From Botryllus schlosseri (taxonomy: Eukaryota): DNA of 64,000 nt. Numbering within the stretch: the stretch's first letter is position 1; every line of letters starts with the position of its first letter. Shown piece by piece: positions 63,545-64,000 of this stretch. The stretch is from the NCBI GenBank assembly GCA_051294905.1, contig CM119371.1, positions 5,520,001 to 5,584,000 of the forward strand, in the 5' to 3' direction. Position numbers and translations under genes: made by a program. The notes under the pieces are model-generated. The model was not told the origin of the DNA and made no database searches. It saw only the letters and a list, made by a program, of their open reading frames with translations.

Positions 63545-64000
63545 CATGACACGATCACTTCTCACTTATTCAAATTTCCAACTTGTCATAAGAATCGGCA
63601 AAACCTACTTCCATCCCCAATGTTGACGAATTGATTGAGGATGACCAGCTAATAAAAAGGCTAACACATGTGCGTTATCATCAAATCAAGGTTTAAATTG
63701 TTTTATTCCATGTCCATGTATTATCTCCATGTCGCCATGATTACTATATAATCATACTATCATACAATCATATTATAATGCGGCCCGCGAGCAGAAAAGT
63801 TTGCCCACTCCTGTGCTAGACCCTAATGTCACGTAGCTATCTGTCAATAACGATGAAGAAGCGCGGTATCTCATCATAACTACAGCACATTCATAATACC
63901 TTCGGAAGCCTAAATATATATTAATGATATAAATGTCTGCGCTGCAGCCAACAGCGCGTGAAAATAAATATCGTGAATCCTAAAATTCGCAGCAATTATT

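Overview
AT-rich eukaryotic (metazoan, probably invertebrate) DNA with short GT-AG introns, dominated by transposons. (1) 4017-16850 is a young 12.8 kb Foldback-type Mutator-like element with an exact 8-bp TSD (ACCTGAGG). Its ~3.3/3.5 kb TIRs consist mostly of 176-bp satellite-like tandem arrays. Inside are a 5'-truncated MULE DDE transposase, a multi-exon Ulp1/SENP-type (C48) cysteine protease with an intact His-Asp-Cys triad, and an unrecognised C-terminal domain. (2) 18.5-31.4 kb is a scrambled cluster of decayed Polo-like kinase (PLK1-like) exons with many hAT MITEs. (3) 37.5-38.9 kb (minus strand) is a tandem C2H2 zinc-finger exon with atypical linkers. (4) 39067-53662 is a Charlie-type hAT shell containing a non-autonomous Polinton/Maverick-like element (40462-51909; 942-bp TIRs starting AGTAGT; ~6-bp TSD). 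That element carries duplicated tRNA-Leu(UAA)-like sequences, ~200-bp tandem repeats and further nested hAT elements. The remainder is mainly MITEs. All calls were made by eye from the sequence; no database searches were run.
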